Origin: Sphingomonadaceae bacterium
Lineage (GTDB): Bacteria; Pseudomonadota; Alphaproteobacteria; Sphingomonadales; Sphingomonadaceae
Length of the DNA stretch: 55,799 bases
Assembly: GCA_047975785.1 (NCBI GenBank)
Contig: JBKEEC010000064.1
Location: 1 to 55,799, forward strand
Direction: 5' to 3'
Both the position numbers and the translations under genes were made by a program. A model generated the notes under the pieces. It was given only the letters and a program-made list of their open reading frames with translations, did no database searches and was not told where the DNA came from. Below, in pieces: positions 35,022 through 43,972 of this stretch (position 1 is its first letter; each line of letters starts with the position of its first letter).

Positions 35022-36083
35022 ATGGGGATTATGATGAGTGAACAGAAGTCCAGGGTTTCTGATGCCATTACTCTCCGGAAAGGAGAGCATTATAGCAAAA
35101 GAGGGGCGTTTCTGCCGGTCTGCTTTGCCATGCTTGGCGCGTGTAGCACGAATGACATTCCCTTGCTCAACCCGGTGGGAGATGTCGGGGCGGATGAAGC
35201 CCGGCTTTTCTATATTTCTGTCACCATCATGGCGGCGATCATTATCCCCGTCATTCTCCTGACATTTTACTTCGCCTGGCGGTATCGTGCCTCCGGCAAG
35301 GATAAAGGGTATGATCCTGCATTTGATCACTCGCCGGTTATTGACGGGGTGACGCTGTTTATCCCTTTGCTGACCATTGCCGTGCTGGGCGGGCTGACAT
35401 GGATCTATACCCACCGGCTTGATCCTTACAAACCACGCGGGCCAGACCTGGCGCCATATGAGATTCAGGCCATCAGCCTCGATTACAAATGGCTGTTCAT
35501 ATATCCCGAAGAAGGTGTGGCAACAGTCAATGATCTGGTGGCTCCCACCGGAAGGCCGGTAACCTTGCGCCTCACCTCTGATCCGATGATGACATCCATT
35601 TTCATTCCCGGTCTGATCAGCCAGATTTATGCCATGCCAGGGATGGAAACCCGTGCCAATTTTCTGGCGGACAGGCAGGCTATCTTGCAAGGGTCCAATG
35701 CCATGTATTCCGGCCCCGGATTTGAGCATCAACGGTTCAAGGCGCGGATGGTTGCGCCAGAAGATTTCGAAAGCTGGGTGTATCAGGTCAAATCCGGTGC
35801 TGGCTCCGGTTCAGGCGGGGCGAACAGGCATGAAGCGGTGCTGGACAAGGCCCGGCTTGCAGCACTGGTCAAACGATCGGAAAACAACCCGGTTACGTGG
35901 TTTGCAGCAGTCGAACCCGGATTGTTTGAAGGCTCGGTGCAAAAATACATGCCGCATTATTCCATGAAGCCTTTGCCGTCGCGCTCGCAATATGATGGCA
36001 AAATGCACGTCCGGGAAACAGCAGGCGATGCGGTTGATGCCCATAGCCCGGAGCACATGCAAACAGCCAGTGAGGGGGGATAA
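35022..36083 (+). CDS. cyoA: Cytochrome bo3-type ubiquinol oxidase subunit II
   Basis: It has a lipobox-like LGACS and two TM helices, and it sits first in the cyoABCD order. The start is ambiguous among 35022, 35031 and 35034. Confidence 0.9.
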   Translation: MGIMMSEQKSRVSDAITLRKGEHYSKRGAFLPVCFAMLGACSTNDIPLLNPVGDVGADEARLFYISVTIMAAIIIPVILLTFYFAWRYRASGKDKGYDPAFDHSPVIDGVTLFIPLLTIAVLGGLTWIYTHRLDPYKPRGPDLAPYEIQAISLDYKWLFIYPEEGVATVNDLVAPTGRPVTLRLTSDPMMTSIFIPGLISQIYAMPGMETRANFLADRQAILQGSNAMYSGPGFEHQRFKARMVAPEDFESWVYQVKSGAGSGSGGANRHEAVLDKARLAALVKRSENNPVTWFAAVEPGLFEGSVQKYMPHYSMKPLPSRSQYDGKMHVRETAGDAVDAHSPEHMQTASEGG

Positions 36084-36085
36084 TC

Positions 36086-38053
36086 ATGCTGGGCCGGTTA
36101 AATGCAGATGCACTCCCCTTTTACAGCAAGGTCGCTTTCGCCGGGGCAGCCGCCGAGGTGCTGGTCGCATTGCTGGTGATCGGACTGCTGACCTGGTTCA
36201 AACTGTGGCGCTGGCTGTGGACGAACTATCTCACTACGGTTGATCACAAGCGCATTGGCGTGATGTATATTGTTGTGGCGCTGGTGCTCCTGCTGCGGGG
36301 TTTTGCCGATGCAATCATGATGCGCTCGCAGCAATATCTGTCTGTCTCTGGCCATGGCTATCTGGATGGCGATCACTTCCAGCAAGTGTTCACGGCACAT
36401 GGCACAATGATGATATTTTTCGTGGCCATGCCCTTTATGTCAGGGCTGGCCAATTTTGTTGTTCCGCAGCAGATCGGGGCGCGTGATGTGGCGTTTCCTT
36501 TCATGAATGCGCTCAGCTTCTGGCTGACCGTGGGCGCGGCCGGGCTGGTGCTGGTTTCTCTGGTGATTGGCGTTTTCTCATCCGCCGGATGGACGGGATA
36601 CCCGCCCTATTCAGGTGTGGAGCGCAGCCCCGGCGTCGGGGTGGATTACTGGCTGTGGGCGCTGTTCATATCAGGCTGGGGCACAACCCTTATGGCAATA
36701 AACCTGCTGGTCACGATTATTCGTCACCGGGCGCCGGGCATGGAAATGATGCGGATGCCGATTTTCGTCTGGACCGTATTCTGCGTATGCATTGTGATCC
36801 TGCTCGCTTTTCCGCCCCTGACAGTCGCTACCGCGCTGCTGATGATGGATCGCCTGTTTGATATGCATTTCTTTACTGCAGACATGGGCGGAAATTTCAT
36901 GAATTTTGCCAATCTGATCTGGATGTGGGGCCACCCGGAAGTGTATATTCTGGTGCTGCCGGCATTTGGTGTCTATTCCGCCATTGCTTCCACTTTCGCC
37001 GAGAAGCGGATTTTCGGTTACAAGATGATGGTCTATGCAACAATGACCATAACCGTGTTGTCAATGCTGGTCTGGCTGCATCACTTCTTTACCATGGGAA
37101 GCAGCGCCACCGTCAATGCAGTATTCGGTATTGCGACTATGGTTATCGGTGTGCCAACCGGGATCAAGGTCTTCAACTGGATGTTCACGCTTTACAAGGG
37201 CAGGGTGCATTTTACCTTGCCACTATACTGGTTGCTGGGTTTCATTACTTTATTCGTTATTGGCGGATCAACCGGAGTGATGCACGCTATTGTTCCGCTG
37301 GATTTCAATCTTCACAATACGACATTTCTTGTCGCCCATTTTCATAACATGATTATTCCGGGCGTTCTGTTTGGCTATCTGGCCGGATATTATTACTGGT
37401 TCCCCAAAGCCTTTGGCTTCCGGCTGCATGAGGGATGGGGCATTGCATCCTTCTGGGGCTGGTTTCTGGGTTTTCTGCTGGCCTTCATGCCTCTTTATGT
37501 CATGGGTCTGCGTGGTTTGCCGCGACGCACCGGCAATATTCAGGATGCAAGTCTGGAGCCATTCCTGCTGGTTGCGCTGATCGGGGCAGGCTTCATTGCC
37601 TTTGGCATTCTGGCCATTCTGATACAGCTTTATGTCAGTATTCGTGATCGCGACAGATTGCGGGATACAACAGGAGATCCATGGAACGGGCGCACGCTGG
37701 AATGGAGTATTCCTTCTCCTCCGCCCGCTTTCAATTTTGCGCGTATCCCCATTGTCGAGGATCGTGATCCGCTGGCATATGCAAAAGAACATGACGGAAT
37801 GAAATATTGTGCCGCCGGGCCTATTGATCTTCCCAAACCCACGGGAATTCCGCTATTTGTTGGTGTGCTGGCGTTTTTGCTGGCCTTCGGTGTCATCTGG
37901 TTCATGTGGTGGCTGGCTGTTCTGGGCTTTCTGGGAATTCTTGCGCTCATCATCATCCGCAGCTTTGATGATCATGATGAATATGAGCTTCCGCTGGACA
38001 ATATTCGTGAAACCATGTCCGCTGCGGGACAGCCACTGCCGGCAGGAGCGTGA
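36086..38053 (+). CDS. cyoB: Cytochrome bo3-type ubiquinol oxidase subunit I
   Basis: Heme-copper oxidase subunit I signatures are WLWTNYLTTVDHKRIGVMY, WMWGHPEVYILVLP and HFHNMII. The protein is 655 aa. Confidence 0.97.
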   Translation: MLGRLNADALPFYSKVAFAGAAAEVLVALLVIGLLTWFKLWRWLWTNYLTTVDHKRIGVMYIVVALVLLLRGFADAIMMRSQQYLSVSGHGYLDGDHFQQVFTAHGTMMIFFVAMPFMSGLANFVVPQQIGARDVAFPFMNALSFWLTVGAAGLVLVSLVIGVFSSAGWTGYPPYSGVERSPGVGVDYWLWALFISGWGTTLMAINLLVTIIRHRAPGMEMMRMPIFVWTVFCVCIVILLAFPPLTVATALLMMDRLFDMHFFTADMGGNFMNFANLIWMWGHPEVYILVLPAFGVYSAIASTFAEKRIFGYKMMVYATMTITVLSMLVWLHHFFTMGSSATVNAVFGIATMVIGVPTGIKVFNWMFTLYKGRVHFTLPLYWLLGFITLFVIGGSTGVMHAIVPLDFNLHNTTFLVAHFHNMIIPGVLFGYLAGYYYWFPKAFGFRLHEGWGIASFWGWFLGFLLAFMPLYVMGLRGLPRRTGNIQDASLEPFLLVALIGAGFIAFGILAILIQLYVSIRDRDRLRDTTGDPWNGRTLEWSIPSPPPAFNFARIPIVEDRDPLAYAKEHDGMKYCAAGPIDLPKPTGIPLFVGVLAFLLAFGVIWFMWWLAVLGFLGILALIIIRSFDDHDEYELPLDNIRETMSAAGQPLPAGA

Positions 38054-38655
38054 CCATGAGTGATGCTGTCACCGTGCAACAGGCACCAGAGCCAGATCCC
38101 CAACGCGACCGGACACTGGGGTTCTGGTATTATCTTATTACCGATGCCGTGCTGTTTGCGGTGCTGTTTGCCAATTATGCGGTGCTGCTGCACGGAACGG
38201 CAGGCGGGCCGGTTGGCGCGGATGTATTTACCATGTGGCGCGCGGCAACAGAAACAGCTCTCCTGCTCTGCTCCAGCCTGACATTCGGTTTGCTGAGCTA
38301 TTATGCGCTGTCAAACAACAGGTCTGCGGCAACATTCTGGCTGGTCGTGACCTTTGTGCTGGCGGCAATTTTCCTGACACTGGAGCTGGGCGAATTTGCC
38401 GATATGGCGGCAAAGGGAGCCACGCCGCAGCGCAGCGGGTTCCTGTCAGGTTTTTTTGCGCTGGTGGGCACACATGGCCTGCATGTCGCTTTCGGTCTGA
38501 TCATGCTGGGGGTCATGCTGGTCCAGATCCAGATGAAAGGGCTGAGCGATCATGTCCTGTCGCGGCTCTACCGGCTGGGTCTGTTCTGGCACTTTCTGGA
38601 TCTGGTCTGGGTGGCCATATTCTCCTTTGTCTATCTGCCGGGGTTGATCCGATGA
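38050..38655 (+). CDS. cyoC: Cytochrome bo3-type ubiquinol oxidase subunit III
   Basis: It has five TM segments and the motifs GFWYYLITDAVLFA and GTHGLHV...WHFLDLVW. GTG 38050 overlaps the cyoB stop; ATG 38056 is the alternative. Confidence 0.93.
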   Translation: MTMSDAVTVQQAPEPDPQRDRTLGFWYYLITDAVLFAVLFANYAVLLHGTAGGPVGADVFTMWRAATETALLLCSSLTFGLLSYYALSNNRSAATFWLVVTFVLAAIFLTLELGEFADMAAKGATPQRSGFLSGFFALVGTHGLHVAFGLIMLGVMLVQIQMKGLSDHVLSRLYRLGLFWHFLDLVWVAIFSFVYLPGLIR

Positions 38656-38987
38656 CCAGAACCGAACCTGAAATCCCGTTTTATCGTCAAAGGCCGCAGC
38701 TGAAGGATTATATTACCGGCTTCCTGCTGGCTGTAGTGCTGACGGTCCTGCCATTCTGGGTGGTCTATGCAGGCGGAGTCAGTCGCGGCGGCACGCTGGT
38801 TTTTATTGCCATATGTGCGATTGTGCAGATGGGCGTGCATCTGCGTTTTTTCATGCATTATTCAACCAGACGTGTTCCGAAAGAGGCCTCGATCGCGCTT
38901 ACGCTGGCGATCTTTATTGGCGGGATCATCATTGCGGGCGCCATCTGGGTCATGTATGATCTCAATTACCGCATGATGGGCGGGTGA
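38652..38987 (+). CDS. cyoD: Cytochrome bo3-type ubiquinol oxidase subunit IV
   Basis: It uses the internal ATG 38652 of track ORF 38235..38987, with ATGA overlapping the cyoC stop. The protein is 111 aa with three TM segments and sits fourth in the operon. Confidence 0.88.
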   Translation: MTRTEPEIPFYRQRPQLKDYITGFLLAVVLTVLPFWVVYAGGVSRGGTLVFIAICAIVQMGVHLRFFMHYSTRRVPKEASIALTLAIFIGGIIIAGAIWVMYDLNYRMMGG

Positions 38988-39000
38988 GCCTGTATTTTAT

Positions 39001-39066
39001 ACCAATATGCGCCGAGCCGGACTCATCACCCAGTGGCAAGTCCGCCACTTTTTCGCGAAAAGCTCT
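39001..39066. repeat. Degenerate repeat fragment (hairpin-module remnant plus head module)
   Basis: accaatatgcgccgagccggactcatcacccagtgg resembles 5251-5286 and 34090-34124, but its arms no longer pair. ccactttttcgcgaaaag is the inverted head module and contains the palindrome cttttcgcgaaaag. Confidence 0.6.
39032..39053 (+). terminator. Possible intrinsic terminator after cyoD
   Basis: The stem pairs agtggc with gccact around a 6-nt loop and is followed by ttttt. The stem is short and lies inside the repeat fragment. Confidence 0.4.
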
Positions 39067-39844
39067 AACCCTTGAATTCGATCGCATAGCTGTATCGCTC
39101 AGGGTGGTAGACAACATTGGCGACTTCAATCGGACGGTGACCGGCAAAATAGGAACGCTGCACACGCAGGACAGGTGATTGCGGTGAAATACCGAGATAG
39201 CGGGCAGCTTCCTCGCCTGCGCATCCGGGGTTAATCGTTTGCTCGGCGCGGGTGATTTGCAGATTGGCCACCTGTTCAACCAGTCGGACAACCGGGACAT
39301 TGCCGATCAGTTGATCCACAGTGAGCAAGGAACCGATAGAGGATGGAAACCAGATTTCCAGATAGGCTGTCGGCCCTTCCTGCAAGGAACCAACAGTGCG
39401 CAATCTTGTGGCATGATCGCCTTCTTCTGCACCAAAAACACGGGCGATATCAGCCGGGAGAGGCATTTCTTCCAGCGAGATGGGCCTGGTCGTCAGGCTT
39501 CCTGCAACGGCAAGAAATTCATTCAGTGATCCGGTGAGGTGGCTGTTAATGCCCCGATGCTTTTCCGACACGAATGAGCCGATACCTCGCCTTCGTTCGA
39601 TCAGCCCCTGTTGCTGCAGCCCGGCAAGTGCGCGGCGCACAGTGATGCGGCTGACGCCATAAGCATTGCAGATCTGGTCTTCTGTCGGGAGAGGGGCACC
39701 TTTTTCAAATTCGCCTTCCTGAATCCGTTCACGCAGGCGCTGTTCAAGCTGGTAATAGAGTGGCACCGGCCCTTCTTCAAGAGAATCACTGACTGTCACA
39801 GAGGGTTTTTCTTTCACTCTCAAAGTGTTATTTGCAGAAGGCAT
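39065..39844 (-). CDS. GntR-family (HutC/UTRA subfamily) transcriptional regulator
   Basis: The wHTH reads PLYYQLEQRLRERIQEGEFEKGAPLPTEDQICNAYGVSRITVRRALAGLQQQGLIERRRGIGSFV, and the C-terminal domain has UTRA-like length. Confidence 0.92.
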   Translation of the reverse strand: MPSANNTLRVKEKPSVTVSDSLEEGPVPLYYQLEQRLRERIQEGEFEKGAPLPTEDQICNAYGVSRITVRRALAGLQQQGLIERRRGIGSFVSEKHRGINSHLTGSLNEFLAVAGSLTTRPISLEEMPLPADIARVFGAEEGDHATRLRTVGSLQEGPTAYLEIWFPSSIGSLLTVDQLIGNVPVVRLVEQVANLQITRAEQTINPGCAGEEAARYLGISPQSPVLRVQRSYFAGHRPIEVANVVYHPERYSYAIEFKG

Positions 39845-40130
39845 CTTGCATATCCGACGTGTCTTTCACAATTTGCGTCATATAAGTCAAAACGCAAAAC
39901 GGCGATAGGTTCAAACGCTGATATCATACATATGCCGGAGTCCGCCCATGCCTGTGCTTGCGATCGGCACAGCGATGGTTGTGCATGAACAGAGGCAGTA
40001 TCGCAGGTGTGATTGTCGGTCGGCCATGGTTGTGATGGCGGCCAAGTCCTATCATTCTGGCTGGCAATACCCGCTATCAATGGCGGTGCAGGCAAGTGCA
40101 AATGAAATGGCGGTTATCGGGAGACTCTGG

Positions 40131-40574
40131 ATGAATGCTGTCACATCATTGCGGCGCGAGGATTATCGTCATGCCTTGCCTATTCCCGTGCGCTGGGCTG
40201 ATTGTGATGCTTATGGCCATGTCAATAATGCCATCTACTACGCGATGATGGATCAGGTCGTTACCGTCTATATTCTGGAAAAGGGTATCATCACCATGGG
40301 CACCTCGCCATCCATTGGCCTGTGTGTTTCCAGTGCCTGTGAATTTCACCAGAGCCTTGAATTTCCTGACATTGTTGATGCCCGGCTCAGGGTTGGGCGG
40401 ATTGGCGGCAAAAGTGTGCGTTATGAGGTTGGTCTGTTCAGGGACGGGATCGAGGAACCGGCTTCTACCGGACATTTCGTGCATGTCTATGTCGATCGAC
40501 AAACCCGAAAACCGGTCAATCTGACGCAGGACCAAAGGGATGCACTCATGCCCTTGCTGGTCGACCAAAACTGA
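40131..40574 (+). CDS. Hotdog-fold acyl-CoA thioesterase (4HBT/YbgC-like)
   Basis: VRWADCDAYGHVNNAIYYAMMD is the typical catalytic Asp context. ATG 40131 is chosen, because the upstream part of the track ORF has no protein-like features. Confidence 0.82.
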   Translation: MNAVTSLRREDYRHALPIPVRWADCDAYGHVNNAIYYAMMDQVVTVYILEKGIITMGTSPSIGLCVSSACEFHQSLEFPDIVDARLRVGRIGGKSVRYEVGLFRDGIEEPASTGHFVHVYVDRQTRKPVNLTQDQRDALMPLLVDQN

Positions 40575-40584
40575 TGGGAAGAGA

Positions 40585-41568
40585 ATGAAGATGGACGAAA
40601 TCCGGTATGATGGCCGCGTAGCGATTGTTACGGGCGCAGGTAACGGTCTGGGCAAAAGCTATGCTCTGGAACTGGCCCGCAGAGGCGCCAGGGTCGTTGT
40701 CAATGATCTGGGGGGATCGGGCGCCGGAACAGGGCAATCCAGCTCGGCTGCCGATCAGGTGGTTGAGGAAATCCGTTCTGCCGGCGGAGAGGCGGTTGCC
40801 AGTTACGACAGTGTTGCCACGCGTGAAGGCGGTGCAGCCATTGTCAAAACTGCAACGGATAGCTGGGGCAAGGTCGATATCCTGATTTCCAATGCGGGTT
40901 TTTTGCGCAACAACCGGTTTGAGGATCTGACCGATGACCAGCTGGACCCGATCCTTGATGTGCATCTCAAGGCTGGATTTTATGTCGGGCAGCCAGCATA
41001 TCGGGCGATGCGGGCCAATGGCTATGGCCGGATATTGTTTACCGGTTCAGCCTCGGCCATGTTTGGTCATGCCTGGCAAGCCAATTATGCGGCTGGCAAA
41101 GGTGGCCTGATGGGGCTGAGCCATGCTGTTGCGATTGAAGGCTCGGCCTATGGCATTCATTCCAATGTTCTTCTGCCAACTGCTCATTCACGTCTGGCAG
41201 AAGAAATGGATCCCGGTTTCATGGAAATTCCCGAATTTGCCAAAGCCGTCCAGTCCACCAATTATGCGGTGCATGATGGGCGGGTCGTGCCCGAATTTAA
41301 CATGCCTCTGGCACTCTATCTGGTCAGCGAGCCATGCCAGGCAACGCATGGGATCTATTCCTCCAATGCCGGTCGCTATGCCAGAGTCCGTATTTGTGCA
41401 GCAGAAGGGTGGGTTTCCCCAGCCGGTTCAACCCCGCCGAGTGTTGAGGATATTGGTGCTCATTTCAGGCAGATTGAAGAATTGGGCGATTTCTCCCAGC
41501 CGATGAATGTTTATGAAGAGTTTTCTGCTGTAGAGGCCGCTGCCCGTAAGCAGGGAGTGATAGTCTGA
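40585..41568 (+). CDS. SDR oxidoreductase resembling the dehydrogenase domain of multifunctional enzyme type 2
   Basis: Motifs are GRVAIVTGAGNGLGKSYALELARRGARVVVNDLGG, NAG and YAAGK, with a ~90-aa C-terminal extension. Confidence 0.88.
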   Translation: MKMDEIRYDGRVAIVTGAGNGLGKSYALELARRGARVVVNDLGGSGAGTGQSSSAADQVVEEIRSAGGEAVASYDSVATREGGAAIVKTATDSWGKVDILISNAGFLRNNRFEDLTDDQLDPILDVHLKAGFYVGQPAYRAMRANGYGRILFTGSASAMFGHAWQANYAAGKGGLMGLSHAVAIEGSAYGIHSNVLLPTAHSRLAEEMDPGFMEIPEFAKAVQSTNYAVHDGRVVPEFNMPLALYLVSEPCQATHGIYSSNAGRYARVRICAAEGWVSPAGSTPPSVEDIGAHFRQIEELGDFSQPMNVYEEFSAVEAAARKQGVIV

Positions 41569-41601
41569 TGTTGGCCCGGCTCCTGTCAGGGTGAAGATGG
41601 C

Positions 41602-42861
41602 ATGAGTGCTGTTTCTGACAGGCATGAGAGTGGCCATAGCCCTTTTCAGGATATTGTCGGTGAATGGCGGGTCAACTGGAGGCCTGGCCTTGCATCCTTT
41701 ATCGGTCTGGGGCTGGGCGGTTCGATTGCAGCACCGGTTTTCAGTATCTTCGTCTTGCCGCTGGAGCAAAGCTTCGGCTGGTCAAGAGGGGAAATATCGC
41801 TGGCTTTTACCGTCACGGTCTTTGGCGGGTTGTGCGCGCCTTTTGTCGGACGGCTGATTGACCGGGTCGGCCCCCGCTGGCCTTTGCTGTTCAGCTTTTG
41901 TGCCATGGCGCTCTTCTATAGTTTGCTAGCTGCAATGCCGGGGCATTTGCTGGTGTTTTACGGCTTTTATGCGGCCCTCAATTTCTTTGCCTTGCCGACA
42001 ACCTCACTGGGCTATGCGCGTGTGTTATGCACCAGCTTTGTAAAGTCCCGTGGCTTTGCCCTGGCAATTGGCCGGGCAGGAGTCAGCCTCGGATCTGCAA
42101 TATTGCCTCTCGTTCTCTTTGCCATCATTGCCGACAGCAACTGGCGTATGGGGTGGCTTTTCATGGCTGCGCTGGTTTTGTGTATTGCCCTGCCGGTCAC
42201 GTGGTGGGGTGTGGACAGGAAAAAGCAATCCGGAGGTGAAGCGGCTGAACGTAAAGCAGACAGGGAGGACATACAGCCTTATCTCGATTTGCTGGGCAAC
42301 CGTTATGTGCTGCTTATCGCCATCGCTGCCGCCTTTGCCTATGTTGGGATTATTGCCATTTCATCGCAGGCTCTGCCTGTTCTTGTCGATCGCGGAATTT
42401 CTGCCGACATGGCTGCCGGCCTGGTTGGCTTTCTGGGGCTGGCCAGCATGGCAGGGGCATTGACCACCGGCTTTCTGCTCGACCGGATCTGGGCACCTGC
42501 AGTCGCTGCCCTGATGCTGATATGCGGCGCTGCAGGGGCGTTGATGCTGGCCCTGTTTTCAGGAGATTTCACACTTGCGGCCATCGCGTTCCTGCTTGTG
42601 GGATTCACCTTCGGAGCAGAAACGGATATTTGCTCATTTGTGATTGCCCGCTATTGCGGGATGACGAATTATTCCAGCGTTTATGGCATTTGTATTGTGG
42701 CCATCACAACCGCCTCGGCGATTGGTTCGGCCAGTATGGGATATATGTTTGATGCCATGGGAAGCTATACGCTCCCGCTTTTCCTGTGCAGCGGCAGTTT
42801 TGCAGTCGCGGCGTTGATTTACCTGTCTCTGGGCCGCTATCCGAAAGAGGGTATCGGATAG
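41602..42861 (+). CDS. MFS transporter, paralogue of 53613..54875
   Basis: It has about 12 TM segments and shares N-terminal strings with the other copy (EWRVNWRPG, PLEQSFGWSRGEIS). Confidence 0.88.
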   Translation: MSAVSDRHESGHSPFQDIVGEWRVNWRPGLASFIGLGLGGSIAAPVFSIFVLPLEQSFGWSRGEISLAFTVTVFGGLCAPFVGRLIDRVGPRWPLLFSFCAMALFYSLLAAMPGHLLVFYGFYAALNFFALPTTSLGYARVLCTSFVKSRGFALAIGRAGVSLGSAILPLVLFAIIADSNWRMGWLFMAALVLCIALPVTWWGVDRKKQSGGEAAERKADREDIQPYLDLLGNRYVLLIAIAAAFAYVGIIAISSQALPVLVDRGISADMAAGLVGFLGLASMAGALTTGFLLDRIWAPAVAALMLICGAAGALMLALFSGDFTLAAIAFLLVGFTFGAETDICSFVIARYCGMTNYSSVYGICIVAITTASAIGSASMGYMFDAMGSYTLPLFLCSGSFAVAALIYLSLGRYPKEGIG

Positions 42862-42891
42862 CGGCCAGGGTTTCTTCGGGTCAGGCTGCCG

Positions 42892-43902
42892 TCAGGGGCG
42901 CGAACCAAACCGTAGCATGGATGCCCTGTTTCCTTCACGCACCACGCAAAGCCGCATACCGGGCGTTGTGACCTGGGTCAGTTCCTCGAATTTTTCCTTA
43001 ATGCCGGGGTCGCGTGGTCGCAGATAGGTTTCCCTGTCGACAGACAGGGTGACGGTTCCCACATTTTCATCAGGAGATGTCACGGTGATACTGTTGTCCG
43101 TAACGGAATCGACAGTAGCCTCAAATGTTGTCGGATTGCGGGCGGACTGAACCCTTGTGTCAAATGTCACGCGCAGCCGGTCGGTCGTGTTGGGCATACC
43201 TGCGTGGGGGCTATAGGGATGCACAACCAGAAGATCACCTGGTTCATAGTCAATGGTTGCCCAGCTATCGGATTCAATCAGGTCATCAGGAATCGGGAAG
43301 GGGGCAGTTTTTCCAACATTATGAAAATAACCACGCCGGTTCTGGCCAACGGCAATGGTCAGACCACCCATTTCACGAGGGCAGGGGGTAAGCGGAATCC
43401 ATAAAGGTTTGTAGTCCTGAATGCCAGGGGAGTAGAACCCGTCCTGATGGACCATGGTTACAGGTCCATTGGGTGGGTAGATCCGGTATTGCACGATTGG
43501 CACCATGGATGGAGCTTCGCCAAGGATCTTGCTCAGGACTTTCTGATTTTCCGGATAGCTGATCAGTCGTTTGGACAGACCGGCAAAAATGGGTTTTTCT
43601 TCGCTTCCGGGAGGGTAGGCCTTACCCGTCCATTTGCCGGTTATATCACCTTTTTCAACCAGACCATATTCGTCCGCAGCGATAGCCAGCATGGAATCGC
43701 GCGCTTCTTCAACAGACTGGGGATCAAGCACATTGCGGAAAAACAGATAGCCGTTCTGCCCATAAAATTCTTCCAGTGCATCATGATCATCAAGCAGATG
43801 ATTACAGACCTCAAACTCGCGTGTCGGTTTGATGGACAGTGTATCAAGATCGGTCGCATCCGGGCGGTTGACGGGTGGAAAATTCTTTGCAGGTGCATTC
43901 AT
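42892..43902 (-). CDS. Phytanoyl-CoA dioxygenase (PhyH)-like Fe(II)/2-oxoglutarate oxygenase with an extra C-terminal domain
   Basis: The facial triad context is MVHQDGFY ... HPYSPHAGMPN, followed by DRLRVTFDTR. About 70 additional C-terminal residues follow. Confidence 0.75.
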   Translation of the reverse strand: MNAPAKNFPPVNRPDATDLDTLSIKPTREFEVCNHLLDDHDALEEFYGQNGYLFFRNVLDPQSVEEARDSMLAIAADEYGLVEKGDITGKWTGKAYPPGSEEKPIFAGLSKRLISYPENQKVLSKILGEAPSMVPIVQYRIYPPNGPVTMVHQDGFYSPGIQDYKPLWIPLTPCPREMGGLTIAVGQNRRGYFHNVGKTAPFPIPDDLIESDSWATIDYEPGDLLVVHPYSPHAGMPNTTDRLRVTFDTRVQSARNPTTFEATVDSVTDNSITVTSPDENVGTVTLSVDRETYLRPRDPGIKEKFEELTQVTTPGMRLCVVREGNRASMLRFGSRP

Positions 43903-43919
43903 GGCATCAATTCCCAGTG

Positions 43920-43931
43920 TTGTTATAACAA
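43920..43931. promoter_or_regulatory. Perfect 12-nt palindrome TTGTTATAACAA 17 nt upstream of the PhyH-like start codon
   Basis: Read directly. The top-strand 12-mer tgttataacaag (43921-43932) recurs identically at 54877-54888. Confidence 0.5.
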
Positions 43932-43972
43932 GGTCATATTGCCAGCGGGAACCTCAGGTGCAACGGATTATT

